From the IMG/VR virus record IMGVR_UViG_3300025918_000011, positions 5,377 to 69,376 of that record: 64,000 nucleotides of DNA. One strand, given 5' to 3'. The notes beneath the pieces were generated by a model that was not told the DNA's origin, searched no databases, and was given only the letters and a program-made list of their open reading frames with translations. The DNA comes from a virus (taxonomy: Duplodnaviria; Caudoviricetes). The translations under genes and the position numbers were made by a program. Position 1 is the first letter of the stretch. The number at the start of each line of letters is the position of its first letter. Positions 9,292 to 18,523 of the stretch are shown piece by piece.

Positions 9292-10221
9292 TCACTCCTT
9301 CGTAGGCCCCTTCGTCGTCGACGTCGCCGGCCGCATCTTCAACCCTCGAAGAGCGCCCGCCGCTATTGCCACGTAGCATCCCACGAAGTGCGGGCCCCAG
9401 TTCGGCGTGAGCCATCGCGGGGCCTCGACGAACCGCTCGACGGCGTTGCCAATCACGTCGAGGTTATGGCAGGGGCACGCCATGTCGACGATCTTCTGCA
9501 GCGCTTCGATTGCCTTCGACAATGCAAGTCGCGGCGCGGGCTCGACGTCGGCGAGCTGCGTTGCCGTCGAGAACGCCGAGGGCAGCGGTGTAGCGTTCGG
9601 CGTCGGCGTCGACGATGGAGCATTCGTCACCGCGACTCGAGGTGCCGTCGCCGCTGCCGAGCTCGAGATCTCCGAGTTCGGCACCGCGAACTGCTCGACG
9701 CGCTTCATGATTCTGAGGTGGCGCTCTTGGCAGTCGACGTTCGCGTGGCGAATCATCGCCTGCGCGCCCCGCACGTCGAAGTGCGCGTCGCTCGCGAGCT
9801 TCTCGAGTTTGTCGAGGCGCTTGGTGATCCCGTCGATCTTCGTGCGAGCCCGCACGTCGACGAGCTTGCGCGGCCGTCGTCGAGAGGGCGTCTTCGCCTT
9901 CGCCTTCGAGATCGTTGTCGCTTTCGTCGTCGCCTTCGTCTTCATTGCCTTCACCTCAACCCCGCACGGCGCCCCCGGCATGCACAGCGAGCAAATCTCC
10001 ACGAGCAACTTCTGCCTGAGCTGCCTCGAATCGTGATAGCACCGCACGCAGTGATCGCACTTCGGGCACTGCAGGTGCCCGCTCTTGAGACAGCGCACCT
10101 TGAGCTCGTTGGCGATGCGCCTGCGCTCCGTCGTGCACGGTCCGCAGCGCACGGCCTCGACGTGCAGGAACGGGCGCCGCGCCCCGCACGGCAGCGGCTG
10201 CGTGAGAGTGTCGACGCGCAT
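9292..10221 (-). CDS. Hypothetical Cys-rich / coiled-coil protein
   Basis: 309-aa ORF in series; Cys clusters, K/A/T-rich linker, helical repeats. Confidence 0.55.
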   Translation of the reverse strand: MRVDTLTQPLPCGARRPFLHVEAVRCGPCTTERRRIANELKVRCLKSGHLQCPKCDHCVRCYHDSRQLRQKLLVEICSLCMPGAPCGVEVKAMKTKATTKATTISKAKAKTPSRRRPRKLVDVRARTKIDGITKRLDKLEKLASDAHFDVRGAQAMIRHANVDCQERHLRIMKRVEQFAVPNSEISSSAAATAPRVAVTNAPSSTPTPNATPLPSAFSTATQLADVEPAPRLALSKAIEALQKIVDMACPCHNLDVIGNAVERFVEAPRWLTPNWGPHFVGCYVAIAAGALRGLKMRPATSTTKGPTKE

Positions 10222-10230
10222 CGTCGTCGC

Positions 10231-11259
10231 CTACCGTTCCCGAACGAAGACGTCGCCCCTCACGCCGAGCGCCGGATACTCGATCCTGTGCGACATCGAG
10301 TCGCCGCCGACGTTCAGCCCGTTCCACGCTACGGCGACGCCCTCGACGCCGGTGAGCAGCATCGGCCTCGGGCACGACGAGACGAAGTTATCGGCAACCA
10401 CGACCCGCCGCGCCCGCGCGTCGTCGGTGTGCCCGCCAATCGAGATGCCGATGGGCGACTCCGTGATCTCGTTGCCGGCGACGACCACGCCGTCGGCCGC
10501 GTTCACGACGAGCCCGTATCGCCGATTGCCGTCGATCCTGCAGTCGAGGATCCGCATGTTATCGCCGGGCAGCCCGCGCCCGGGCTGCACGTAGACGCCG
10601 ACCTCGTGCCGCGCGATGTCGCACCTCAAGATCGCTACGTCGCCGATGCTCGTGCCGGTGTTCGGCTCGACCTCGATGCCGGCGCCCGGCGTAGCACCGA
10701 CGGCCCCGTCGAAGATCTCGCATCGCACGACCTCGACGCGCGCCGCATGCACGATCGAGATGCCGCTCCGCCTCGACCCCGAGATCGCGAGCCCGACGAG
10801 CGTCACATCGTCGGAGGCGACATTGCCGCCAACGTAGACGCCGTCGGTGAAGCCGACGAAGGTCGCCCACGAGAGCGACATCTCCGCGCACGAGTCGACG
10901 TACCACCCGATGCGCCACTCGACGCCGGCCGGGAACGGCGACCCCGGTGCGGTGAATCGCCCGCCGCTCCAAATGACGCAGGCGTTCGGCATCGTATAGA
11001 AGAGCCGCGCCCGCGCGATGATGCTCTCGGGTGACACGTTGAACGACGCCTCGTGCGCGTCGACGACGAAGCGCCCGTCGAGCCGCACGCCCGCGCCGTT
11101 GCAGCGAAACGCCCCGCGCAGCGTTACCTTGGAGTACCCGAGCCCGGGCCCGCCGTTCGCCGCAAACGCCGCCTGCAGCGCCGCGGTCTCGTCGGTGCCG
11201 TCGTTGCGCGCCTCGAGCACCCGCGTCGACACGATATTCCCGACCGTCGTCATCGGCAT
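10231..11259 (-). CDS. Right-handed parallel beta-helix (pectate-lyase-like) protein
   Basis: DETAALQAAF glycanase N-terminal motif, then beta-helix repeats (GFTDGVYV, SRRSGISI, GAGIEVEP, NRRYGLVV, SPIGISI); start MPMTT follows the ERCC4 stop. Confidence 0.85.
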   Translation of the reverse strand: MPMTTVGNIVSTRVLEARNDGTDETAALQAAFAANGGPGLGYSKVTLRGAFRCNGAGVRLDGRFVVDAHEASFNVSPESIIARARLFYTMPNACVIWSGGRFTAPGSPFPAGVEWRIGWYVDSCAEMSLSWATFVGFTDGVYVGGNVASDDVTLVGLAISGSRRSGISIVHAARVEVVRCEIFDGAVGATPGAGIEVEPNTGTSIGDVAILRCDIARHEVGVYVQPGRGLPGDNMRILDCRIDGNRRYGLVVNAADGVVVAGNEITESPIGISIGGHTDDARARRVVVADNFVSSCPRPMLLTGVEGVAVAWNGLNVGGDSMSHRIEYPALGVRGDVFVRER

Positions 11260-11261
11260 TA

Positions 11262-12107
11262 CTAAATGTCCTCCTGAGTCCGAAGTTGCCGCCAAATCCT
11301 CTCGCCGACCACGGGCCCCAGCTTGCGCAGCTTGCCGCGGCGATCCCGCCATTCGACCATCGCCCACTCGCGCTTAGTCGCCGCGTGCATGTCGTCGGTC
11401 GTCGGGAACGCTCGGAGTACCGCCCCGCCCTTCGCCGGTCCCACGCCGGGCAGGCGCCGCGCGAACTCTAGGGCGAATCCGGGCCGGCGTATCGGCGCTA
11501 TCTCCGCGCCTCCGACGTCGCACGACTCGCGGTCGCCGAAGTAGATCGCGCCCTCGACCGACGTGTGTTTCGCGCGCTGCCATCGCCGCACGAGCTGCGT
11601 GATCGTCGCCGCGGTGTCCGAGGCCCCCATCGTCCGGCGCACTCGTACCCCGACGTCTTCGAGCGACGCCATAAACCCGAGCACCGACGCATACATGATC
11701 GGGCGTCCCCCGCGACGACGGCGCCCGCCCCACTGCCCGAGGTCGAGCACGCCCTCGTCGCCCTCGCGCATGAAACCCTCGACGATCACGTAGACGACGT
11801 CGAAGTCTTCGCTCAACGATGGGAGCTGAAACCCCCCGAGGCGCCCCGACGTCATCGACGTAACAAAGTCGCCCGACGACAGCCGCTTGAGCTCGACGCC
11901 GATGCGCTTCGCCGAGCCGTCGCGCCCCACGCCCGGGAAGGCTACGTCGGCGCACCGCATGCGCTCGACGACGACGCGCGCTCCGTAGGTGCGCAGGCGA
12001 TTCGCGAGCGGCTTCGCGAGGTGCACCGAGCCGACGCGGTCGTCGACGCGCACAATGACGCCCTTCGCGCTCGAGCTGGCACCGGCGCTGGCGCTCACGA
12101 TGCTCAT
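11262..12107 (-). CDS. ERCC4 (XPF/Mus81/Hef-like) structure-specific nuclease with C-terminal HhH
   Basis: VRVDDRV, ADV...GVELKRLSSGDFVTSMTSGRL..QL; HhH LPGVGPAK; RBS-like GGGGGA before MSIVS. Confidence 0.85.
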   Translation of the reverse strand: MSIVSASAGASSSAKGVIVRVDDRVGSVHLAKPLANRLRTYGARVVVERMRCADVAFPGVGRDGSAKRIGVELKRLSSGDFVTSMTSGRLGGFQLPSLSEDFDVVYVIVEGFMREGDEGVLDLGQWGGRRRRGGRPIMYASVLGFMASLEDVGVRVRRTMGASDTAATITQLVRRWQRAKHTSVEGAIYFGDRESCDVGGAEIAPIRRPGFALEFARRLPGVGPAKGGAVLRAFPTTDDMHAATKREWAMVEWRDRRGKLRKLGPVVGERIWRQLRTQEDI

Positions 12108-12487
12108 CGATAATCCCCCGTGCGTCGCGCGTACTGGAGTCGGCGAACTTGCCAGCCGATCTCGAGGCGCAGCACTGCGGGCGCCCCATCGAGCCACGTG
12201 GCGCGTTGACCGTAAGGTAGCGCTCGCCGCACCGATATCTGCCGCCCCCATTCGTCGATGGGGCGCCGATCCACTATGTCGACGAACAGCGCCCCACTAT
12301 CGAAGTACCATTCGATGCGGTAATCGCCGTAGGGCGCGCCGTCAAACGGGCTCGAGAGCTCTCGAAGCACGTCGCGCAACTCGCGCATTGCGAGGAGCGC
12401 CTCGAGCTGCAGCTCAGCACGCTCGGCAATCTCGGCGTCGGGCATGCAGCGAAGCCGCTCGACCGTGGGATCCTCGCCGACGCTCAT
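12104..12487 (-). CDS. Hypothetical protein
   Basis: Start MSVGED; 4-nt overlaps with both neighbours. Confidence 0.5.
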   Translation of the reverse strand: MSVGEDPTVERLRCMPDAEIAERAELQLEALLAMRELRDVLRELSSPFDGAPYGDYRIEWYFDSGALFVDIVDRRPIDEWGRQISVRRALPYGQRATWLDGAPAVLRLEIGWQVRRLQYARRTGDYR

Positions 12488-12680
12488 CGCGGCCCGCCCG
12501 CGCATACGCAGCTCTGCGGCCGATGCACGATGCACGCCCCGCAGCCCGAGCACTTCGCGCACGGCAGCTCGAGCGACGACGCGAGCGCCCCGTCCACGTT
12601 GGACTCGCTGCCGGCGACTGCGCCCTCGGAGCCGGCGTCGCTGTCGTTGTCGTTGTCGTTCTCGAAGTCGCTCATCGCTC

Positions 12681-13079
12681 CTAGCCCTCGCTCTCGCCGT
12701 CGCCGTCGCCGCCATCGTCTCGACACACGTGCCGCGGGAAGCACCTTCGACAAACGACCGCTTCGCAGCAGTGCCCCTTCGCCGGCACCGGATCGTCCGT
12801 CGTCGTATTGCACGTCGCGCATTCGACGATTTCGGAGATCCGCATGACGCCATTCCCGCGGCGCCTCCATTCGCGATGACACGCCCTCGTGAACGCCGGA
12901 TAGTGCGTCGCTGAGAATGCCCCCGCGGGGCTCGAGTCGTCGGTGAGCATCGCGAGATAGTCGTCGGGCACCTCGCGCAACGGGCGATCCCGATGCATGC
13001 CGAACGGCACGAGGATCGACGCGGACGTCGGGCGCACCTCGGAGCGCCCCTCGCCGCCGCCTTCGTGAGCGCCGCTCAT
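12681..13079 (-). CDS. DUF3820-like small domain plus zinc ribbon
   Basis: VPFGMHRDRPLREVPDDYLAML resembles the MPFGKHKG..L..VP..YL motif; C-terminal CxxC pairs. Confidence 0.55.
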   Translation of the reverse strand: MSGAHEGGGEGRSEVRPTSASILVPFGMHRDRPLREVPDDYLAMLTDDSSPAGAFSATHYPAFTRACHREWRRRGNGVMRISEIVECATCNTTTDDPVPAKGHCCEAVVCRRCFPRHVCRDDGGDGDGESEG

Positions 13080-13342
13080 AGCGCCGGGCCTCGCGACTCT
13101 TGGCGCTCTTCGCACGTCGGTGCGTCGTTGGTCGCTATCGTAAACCGCGCGGTCTCGGTCTCGACCACGGCGACGTGCCCTTCCCAACCTTTGGGCGTCC
13201 ACGGGCAGGCGCTCTCGATGCTCTGCGCGCCGCGGTAGTCGCTGAGGATCGCGCGGCACCTCGAGCAACGCTGCACGAGCTCGAGCATCGGCCCGGCGAC
13301 GTGCACGACTCGAACCTCGAGAGGCGCGGCGCCGTCGCTCAT
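13076..13342 (-). CDS. Hypothetical zinc-binding protein
   Basis: CSRC...C motif; coupled ORF. Confidence 0.45.
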   Translation of the reverse strand: MSDGAAPLEVRVVHVAGPMLELVQRCSRCRAILSDYRGAQSIESACPWTPKGWEGHVAVVETETARFTIATNDAPTCEERQESRGPAL

Positions 13343-13629
13343 CGCTCGACCTCGCCGATCACGAGCCGCAGCTCGCGCTCGATCTCCTGCGCCATACCGG
13401 TCAGGATATCGCGCACGTCGAGCTCAACCGTCGCGCACACGCGCACCGGCGTCATGGTGCCCTTCGAAGTCTTCACGAGCGTCACGGCGATGCGGTCGCC
13501 GTCCTTCGTGATCGACTCAACTCGGAACCCGTCGATCGCGCCACCGCGAAATATCGAAACGCCGTCTACGACGACGTGCTCGATCGGCGTCGGGACCTTA
13601 TACGTATGCATCTCGCCTGGACCGCTCAT
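13339..13629 (-). CDS. Hypothetical protein
   Basis: Coupled ORF starting MSGPGEM. Confidence 0.45.
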   Translation of the reverse strand: MSGPGEMHTYKVPTPIEHVVVDGVSIFRGGAIDGFRVESITKDGDRIAVTLVKTSKGTMTPVRVCATVELDVRDILTGMAQEIERELRLVIGEVER

Positions 13630-14156
13630 CGCGCGACCTCCATAACCAGCGCCTTCCGCACGTCGCCGTCGAGCAGCATCGGCACGATCCATTGCAGATT
13701 GCGCACGACGCCCCCGACTTCGCTTAGCTCGATTCGCACGATCGTCTTTACGTCCCACGCTCCGAGCTCCTCGCCGACGTCGTTCGTCGAGCGAATCGCC
13801 GCGGGCATCTCCTCGACCCACGCGCGGTAAAACTGCACCGACCAGAAGCGCCCGGCGTTCATGCCTGAGAGCTGCAAGACGCCTTCCCAGCGCTCGATGC
13901 CGATACCGGTCCCCTCGACGAACTCGCGCCGCATCGCCTCGAGCCCCGACTCGCCGCGCTCGATGCGTCCGCCAATGCCGTTCCAGCGACCTACGACGGC
14001 GACCGGCCCGCGCGTCTTGCGCACGAGCAGCACGCGGCGATGCGAGTCGAAGAGAAACCCGCAGACGTAGCGGTCGCCGTGGTCGGCGTGCAGCACGGGC
14101 GGGGCCTCGGCGTCGACCTCGGCGTCGTCGGGGGCGTTCTCGTCGGTGCTCGTCAT
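13626..14156 (-). CDS. Nudix hydrolase
   Basis: Nudix box GGRIERGESGLEAMRREFVEGTGI (EG in place of the usual EE). Confidence 0.9.
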   Translation of the reverse strand: MTSTDENAPDDAEVDAEAPPVLHADHGDRYVCGFLFDSHRRVLLVRKTRGPVAVVGRWNGIGGRIERGESGLEAMRREFVEGTGIGIERWEGVLQLSGMNAGRFWSVQFYRAWVEEMPAAIRSTNDVGEELGAWDVKTIVRIELSEVGGVVRNLQWIVPMLLDGDVRKALVMEVAR

Positions 14157-14345
14157 ACCGTCATCCTCCAAGTGTTGCGCAACGCCAAGATCGCGGCTCG
14201 CACGACGCCCACGCCGTGCTCGCGCATAACGCGATAGTTGAGTTCCCAGACCCACGGCGCATCGAAGATCCGTCGCCGCCACGGCTTGCGCATCGCCATA
14301 ATTTTTGCCATCGCTCTTCGCCCCCTCGCCTCTCGCTCTCGCTCT

Positions 14346-15038
14346 CTATCTCGCCTTCCGAAGATTCTCGACTTGGCGCGCGCCCGGCTCGATGTCGTCG
14401 TAGAGCAGCGGGACCGTGCGCTTGAACTCCTCGAGCAGCGGCACCGTTACCTCGCGCATTTGCGGATGCGCCTCCTTCGAGGTGCGCATCAAAAAGAAGT
14501 GCCGCCAACTTCTCAGGTTGTACGTAACGATGAGCTTCGACGCCAGCGCGTTCGGGAACACAGATCGCGCGATCTGCGGCGAGCACCCGTGATCGAGTAG
14601 TAGGAGGTACGTCGTTTCGGCAGCGTCGATCGCCCCCTCGAACGCTCGCTGCGCGGCGCTGAGCGCCGACTCGTTGAGGAGCTCCTCGAACCTCGGCTCG
14701 ACGAACGACGGCGTTATGCACTTCGCATAGTTGACGAACCTCGTCGACTCCTGCGTATAGGCCCCGATCCTGTGCCGGACCCACTCGTGCGTGATGCCTC
14801 GATCGACTAGCGCCTCGACCGTGATCGACGCGTGCTCGGTGACGCTCCAATCGCCGTGTTGCAAGACGACCGACTCGAGGAGCCTGCGCCAGGAGTCCTC
14901 GGTTTGGGCCTCCTCGCTGCGGTGCGAGATGCGCGCGCACCACTCGACGTGCCGAAGGAGCGACACGCCGTAGTCGAGGCGATCGTCGGGAGAGTAGAGC
15001 GGGAACACGATCCGAGCGAACGGCGTCACGGTGTTCAC
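14346..15038 (-). CDS. thyX: FAD-dependent thymidylate synthase
   Basis: GDWSVTEH, RGITHEWVRHRIGAYTQESTRFVNY (RHRx7S), ARSVFPN, WRHFFLMR...AHPQMRE; GTG start overlapping the upstream stop. Confidence 0.95.
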   Translation of the reverse strand: MNTVTPFARIVFPLYSPDDRLDYGVSLLRHVEWCARISHRSEEAQTEDSWRRLLESVVLQHGDWSVTEHASITVEALVDRGITHEWVRHRIGAYTQESTRFVNYAKCITPSFVEPRFEELLNESALSAAQRAFEGAIDAAETTYLLLLDHGCSPQIARSVFPNALASKLIVTYNLRSWRHFFLMRTSKEAHPQMREVTVPLLEEFKRTVPLLYDDIEPGARQVENLRKAR

Positions 15039-15535
15039 TGGGCCTCGCCTTCGACGATGCCCTCGCCCCCGCCTTCGTCCTCGATGCCGACGTCGATCGG
15101 CACGCCGTAGTGCACCGCGCGCGTGAGCCGCGTCGTCACCTCGAGCAGCTCGGCCTTCGCCTTGTCGCGCTCGAGGATCGCTTTCTTGAGGTACACCACG
15201 AGGTCGAGCGCTTCCTGGTACGCGTCGACGAGGGCGTCGCGCCCGTCGCCCACACACAGCCGCGTGCCGTACTTCGCCGTACCGATGCGATCACGCTCGG
15301 CGATGTCGACGAGCACTGCGTCCCAGACTGCCGGCCCGGCGTTCGGGCGCGGCGGGGGCTCGGGGGCGTTGTGCGAGGTCGTCTTCGAAGGCGAGGGCGA
15401 GGGCGCCGTCGTTGTCGTTGGCGCCTCGCGGGGCGCACTGCTGCCCGGGCACTCGCAAACCTGCTCGCCGACCGCGAGCGCCCCGTGGTACTTCGCGCAG
15501 TACGGCGCGTGGTACTGCTGCCGCTGGTGCATCAT
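15035..15535 (-). CDS. All-alpha NTP pyrophosphatase (MazG-like) candidate
   Basis: RDRIGTAKYG...DALVDAYQEALDLVVYL resembles phage MazG-like/nucleotide hydrolase helices; sits next to thyX and Nudix. Confidence 0.55.
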   Translation of the reverse strand: MMHQRQQYHAPYCAKYHGALAVGEQVCECPGSSAPREAPTTTTAPSPSPSKTTSHNAPEPPPRPNAGPAVWDAVLVDIAERDRIGTAKYGTRLCVGDGRDALVDAYQEALDLVVYLKKAILERDKAKAELLEVTTRLTRAVHYGVPIDVGIEDEGGGEGIVEGEAQ

Positions 15536-15550
15536 TCCGCTCGCTCCTCT

Positions 15551-15763
15551 TTATGCTCGCCCTACCGGCGATCTCTCGATCGCGGACAGAACGACGAAGT
15601 TCCCCGCGTGGTCGATGCTCACGACAATCGTCATCACTCGCCCGGCGTAGTACTCCCTCAGCCGCGCGTCGACTCGCTCGCGCAACTCTCGATATGCGGC
15701 ATCCGTCGACCCGACCCCGCAAAACCCGATCGCGGTCGCCGTCGTATCTTCGCTCTGCGTCAA
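15551..15763 (-). CDS. Hypothetical protein
   Basis: Short coupled ORF. Confidence 0.4.
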   Translation of the reverse strand: MTQSEDTTATAIGFCGVGSTDAAYRELRERVDARLREYYAGRVMTIVVSIDHAGNFVVLSAIERSPVGRA

Positions 15764-16554
15764 GCCCAGTCCTCCGGCTCGCTCTCGGGCGCGATGAGCA
15801 TCGCAAGATCGCAGAAGTTAACCATCTTGCCGCTGAGCTCGTCGCCTTCGATCGTCGTGTTAAACGTACAGTCCGTCACGACCAGCTTGAATTTCTTCGG
15901 GCCCTCGATCGTGCGATCCTTCAATAGCTCGACGTTGACCGTGCACTCGTAGGCGATGTCTTCGTAACCGCGCGGCACCGTCTCGCCCGACGGTTTGTCG
16001 TCGACGTATTCGTCTTTGGTCCGATGCACGAGCACCAGATTCGTTTTGCAGTTCGATGCCTTGAACGGCTGCAGGAAGTTTTTCCAGTACGTGTTTTGCG
16101 GCGTCTTGTCCTTCCACATCTTGGCGCCCGAGCGCATGACCTTCTCAGCCGCGCCGAACGCCGCCCACGGCAGCGCGTCGTGGAGATCCGTCGCCTTGTC
16201 GATCACGACCGTCGACACACCGTCTTTGATCGCTTGGTGCGCGGCATTCTTGACGTTCATGACGACTTTCTTCGCGCGCGCTTGCACGTCCTCGGCGCCC
16301 CCGCGCAGCCAATTCGTGCAGTCCATCTCGATAAGCTCGGCCTTGCCGACGAGCTTCGCGAGATCCGGCACGTTGTCGCGCAGCGGCCGATCGAAGTTGC
16401 AGAACAAAATGCCGTTCTCCTTCGGCGCCGTGAGCGCGAACCTCGTAGTGCCGGCCTTCGTCGGAGCGCGCACCGCACAGAGCAGCCGCGACGGCACCCC
16501 GGAGTCCGCGGTGTTGACGCGGCGACCTCCGAACGGCGAATAATCCCTTGGCAT
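15760..16554 (-). CDS. AAA_24/Sak4-like P-loop protein (recombination/annealing)
   Basis: Walker-A-like APTKAGTT, Walker B VVIDKAT, NLVLVHR.KDEY, IAYEC.VNV. Confidence 0.7.
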   Translation of the reverse strand: MPRDYSPFGGRRVNTADSGVPSRLLCAVRAPTKAGTTRFALTAPKENGILFCNFDRPLRDNVPDLAKLVGKAELIEMDCTNWLRGGAEDVQARAKKVVMNVKNAAHQAIKDGVSTVVIDKATDLHDALPWAAFGAAEKVMRSGAKMWKDKTPQNTYWKNFLQPFKASNCKTNLVLVHRTKDEYVDDKPSGETVPRGYEDIAYECTVNVELLKDRTIEGPKKFKLVVTDCTFNTTIEGDELSGKMVNFCDLAMLIAPESEPEDWA

Positions 16555-16594
16555 AGTCGATGTCGTCCTTTCGTACTTCGAGCTTCGTTCTGCG

Positions 16595-16819
16595 TTAATC
16601 GTCGTCTTCGTCGTCGTCGGCGTCGAGCACCCGCTCCGACTTCGGGCTCACGGCGTTGCGCGCCGCTAACGCCGCCGCTTCGAAGAGCTCAGCCGCGGCC
16701 TCGCGCAGCTTGCCGGCGATCTCCGGATGCGGGCCTCGCAGCTCGCCCTCGACCTTCAAGATCTCGCACGCCTGCGCCGATCGCGCTCGCGCGACGTTCG
16801 TGCCTGTCGTAAACGCCAT
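16595..16819 (-). CDS. Hypothetical protein
   Basis: Start MAFTTG; acidic tail. Confidence 0.45.
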   Translation of the reverse strand: MAFTTGTNVARARSAQACEILKVEGELRGPHPEIAGKLREAAAELFEAAALAARNAVSPKSERVLDADDDEDDD

Positions 16820-17037
16820 CACTTGCCCCCTCGCTCTTCGGTACCGTTGTCGCACCGGTGCACCTTCGGCAGCGTCACCGTAACGCGCCCCTCGCCCGTC
16901 GGCGTTGTATAAACGATCCTGCACCTCGAGCACATCCAATCGACGTATCGCACGCCGTCGACGGAATAGATCGCCGTTATCAGCACCGGGCGCGGGTGCT
17001 TCTCGCTTTCGATCGTGAGTCCCTCGATCATCGTCAT
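16819..17037 (-). CDS. Hypothetical zinc-ribbon protein
   Basis: WMCSRC...HRC. Confidence 0.45.
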   Translation of the reverse strand: MTMIEGLTIESEKHPRPVLITAIYSVDGVRYVDWMCSRCRIVYTTPTGEGRVTVTLPKVHRCDNGTEERGGK

Positions 17038-17042
17038 CGTCG

Positions 17043-17543
17043 TCACTCCTCGGGCTCGCGAATCAGCGGCAGCACGAGCTCGCGCGCCCTTTCGTAGCTG
17101 CCCGGCTCGAGCCACAGTCGGCAGCGCCCGCTCGGATGCGGCAGTACGACGTGCGTCGACCTCCCGCCGAGCGTCGCGTGCCCGCCAACGCTCTTTGAAA
17201 ACGGCTTGAACTCCACGCCGAACGCCGAGCACACTTTCGCTCCGAGCAGCACTAGCGCCATGCCTCGGAGATCCGACGCGATCGCCAAGCGCTCAGCGGC
17301 CTCGCGCGCCTCGGCGATGCGCCACGGGCCCGCGCACAGGTTCACGCGCTGAAACGCCTCGACGTAGCGCTGCCGACTGAGTCCGAGGATCTTCGTCGCG
17401 AGCCGGTGCCCCGAGCTGCCGTCCGGCGACGGGTACAGCGCGAAGAACGGATCGGCGCCGTAAGGGTTGCTCTCGCCGACGAGCGTCGGGCGGGCGTCGA
17501 GCGCCACGCGCGAGCGCGCGGCCGGCCATTTCGTGCTGCTCAC
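17043..17543 (-). CDS. Stand-alone uracil-DNA-glycosylase-superfamily protein
   Basis: LVGESNP, RVNL, VLLGAKV, LPHPSGR correspond to UDG motifs A and B. Confidence 0.75.
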   Translation of the reverse strand: MSSTKWPAARSRVALDARPTLVGESNPYGADPFFALYPSPDGSSGHRLATKILGLSRQRYVEAFQRVNLCAGPWRIAEAREAAERLAIASDLRGMALVLLGAKVCSAFGVEFKPFSKSVGGHATLGGRSTHVVLPHPSGRCRLWLEPGSYERARELVLPLIREPEE

Positions 17544-18517
17544 AACGCCGCCACTGCGACGCGCACTCGCGCCTCGCGCTCCATCGTACGTCGATGATTC
17601 TGAATCTTCGTCCAGTTCTCGGCGAGCTCGCTCTTGTCAAACACGAGCCGCAGGTGCGCCGGCTTCGGGACTCTCGGCTCGCGGTAGTCGCCGTTCACGA
17701 AGAACACGACCAGATTGCACGTCGTCATCCGCAGCCCGTGCAGGTATCCCTTTATCTGCATGAGCCATTCCGCGAACGCAGGATCGCTCGCGATGTCGCT
17801 CGGTTTGTCGAGGCGCCGCGCGGTTTTCCACGTGAGCTTGAATTCCCAGAGCTCCCATGCAGCTTCGTCGACGGCGTCGGGTGACATCCAGAGCCCGTCT
17901 TTCTTAAGGACGACGTTGCGGTCGAGCACCCGCGCATCGAGCCCGGCGAGCCTCACGAGTATGTCACCGTGGCACGGCTGCGGCGCACAGTAGCACGCGA
18001 GCGTCTTGCCTACGAGCTCGCCCCGCGCTGCGGCGATGACCTTCGGATTCTTGCGGAGATACTCTTCGAATAGCTGCAGCGCCTTCGCGCGCCCGTACTG
18101 CTCGACGCTGAACGGATTGCCCCACTTCGACGGGCGTCCTATGTAAACGATGTTCGGATCGCCGAGTGCCGCGAGCCGGCGCGGGTCTTTCGCGCCCGGG
18201 AGCCGTACGACTCGCGTGCCCGCGCCGAGGCTCGAGCCCGATACGCGTCGTAGTTGTCGCTCCTCGAACGCGCGCTCGAACAGCCATTCCCACGCAAACC
18301 CGAGCTCGACGTAGTTCGCCATGCGCCGACGCTCTTCGTCGGTGAGCTGCGCGAACTTCACGCGCTTGCGCTTGGCGTCGCCCTTGAAGATGGTTCGCGC
18401 CGCGAGATCCCGCACGACGTCGCTGAGATGCATGCCCGACGGGCGCTCGTCGTGCCCGCGCAGGCGCCCCGCCGCGTCTTGCATGTCGAGCTCGAACGGC
18501 ACGACGGAGATGCGCAC
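17540..18517 (-). CDS. PD-(D/E)XK exonuclease-like protein with an in-frame DUF4326 domain insertion
   Basis: Nuclease elements GMHLSD, ELGFAWE, SPDA, WEFKLTW, QIKGY; internal YIGRPSKWGNPF...LVGKTLACYCAPQPCHGDIL is DUF4326. Confidence 0.8.
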   Translation of the reverse strand: MRISVVPFELDMQDAAGRLRGHDERPSGMHLSDVVRDLAARTIFKGDAKRKRVKFAQLTDEERRRMANYVELGFAWEWLFERAFEERQLRRVSGSSLGAGTRVVRLPGAKDPRRLAALGDPNIVYIGRPSKWGNPFSVEQYGRAKALQLFEEYLRKNPKVIAAARGELVGKTLACYCAPQPCHGDILVRLAGLDARVLDRNVVLKKDGLWMSPDAVDEAAWELWEFKLTWKTARRLDKPSDIASDPAFAEWLMQIKGYLHGLRMTTCNLVVFFVNGDYREPRVPKPAHLRLVFDKSELAENWTKIQNHRRTMEREARVRVAVAAL

Positions 18518-18523
18518 TTCGCC

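Noticed and set aside
8842-11034. Long plus-strand ORFs such as 8842-11034, 47284-49311 and 56432-57898
   Set aside because: Antisense shadows of real minus-strand genes in GC-rich DNA; Arg/Ala-rich with no motifs.
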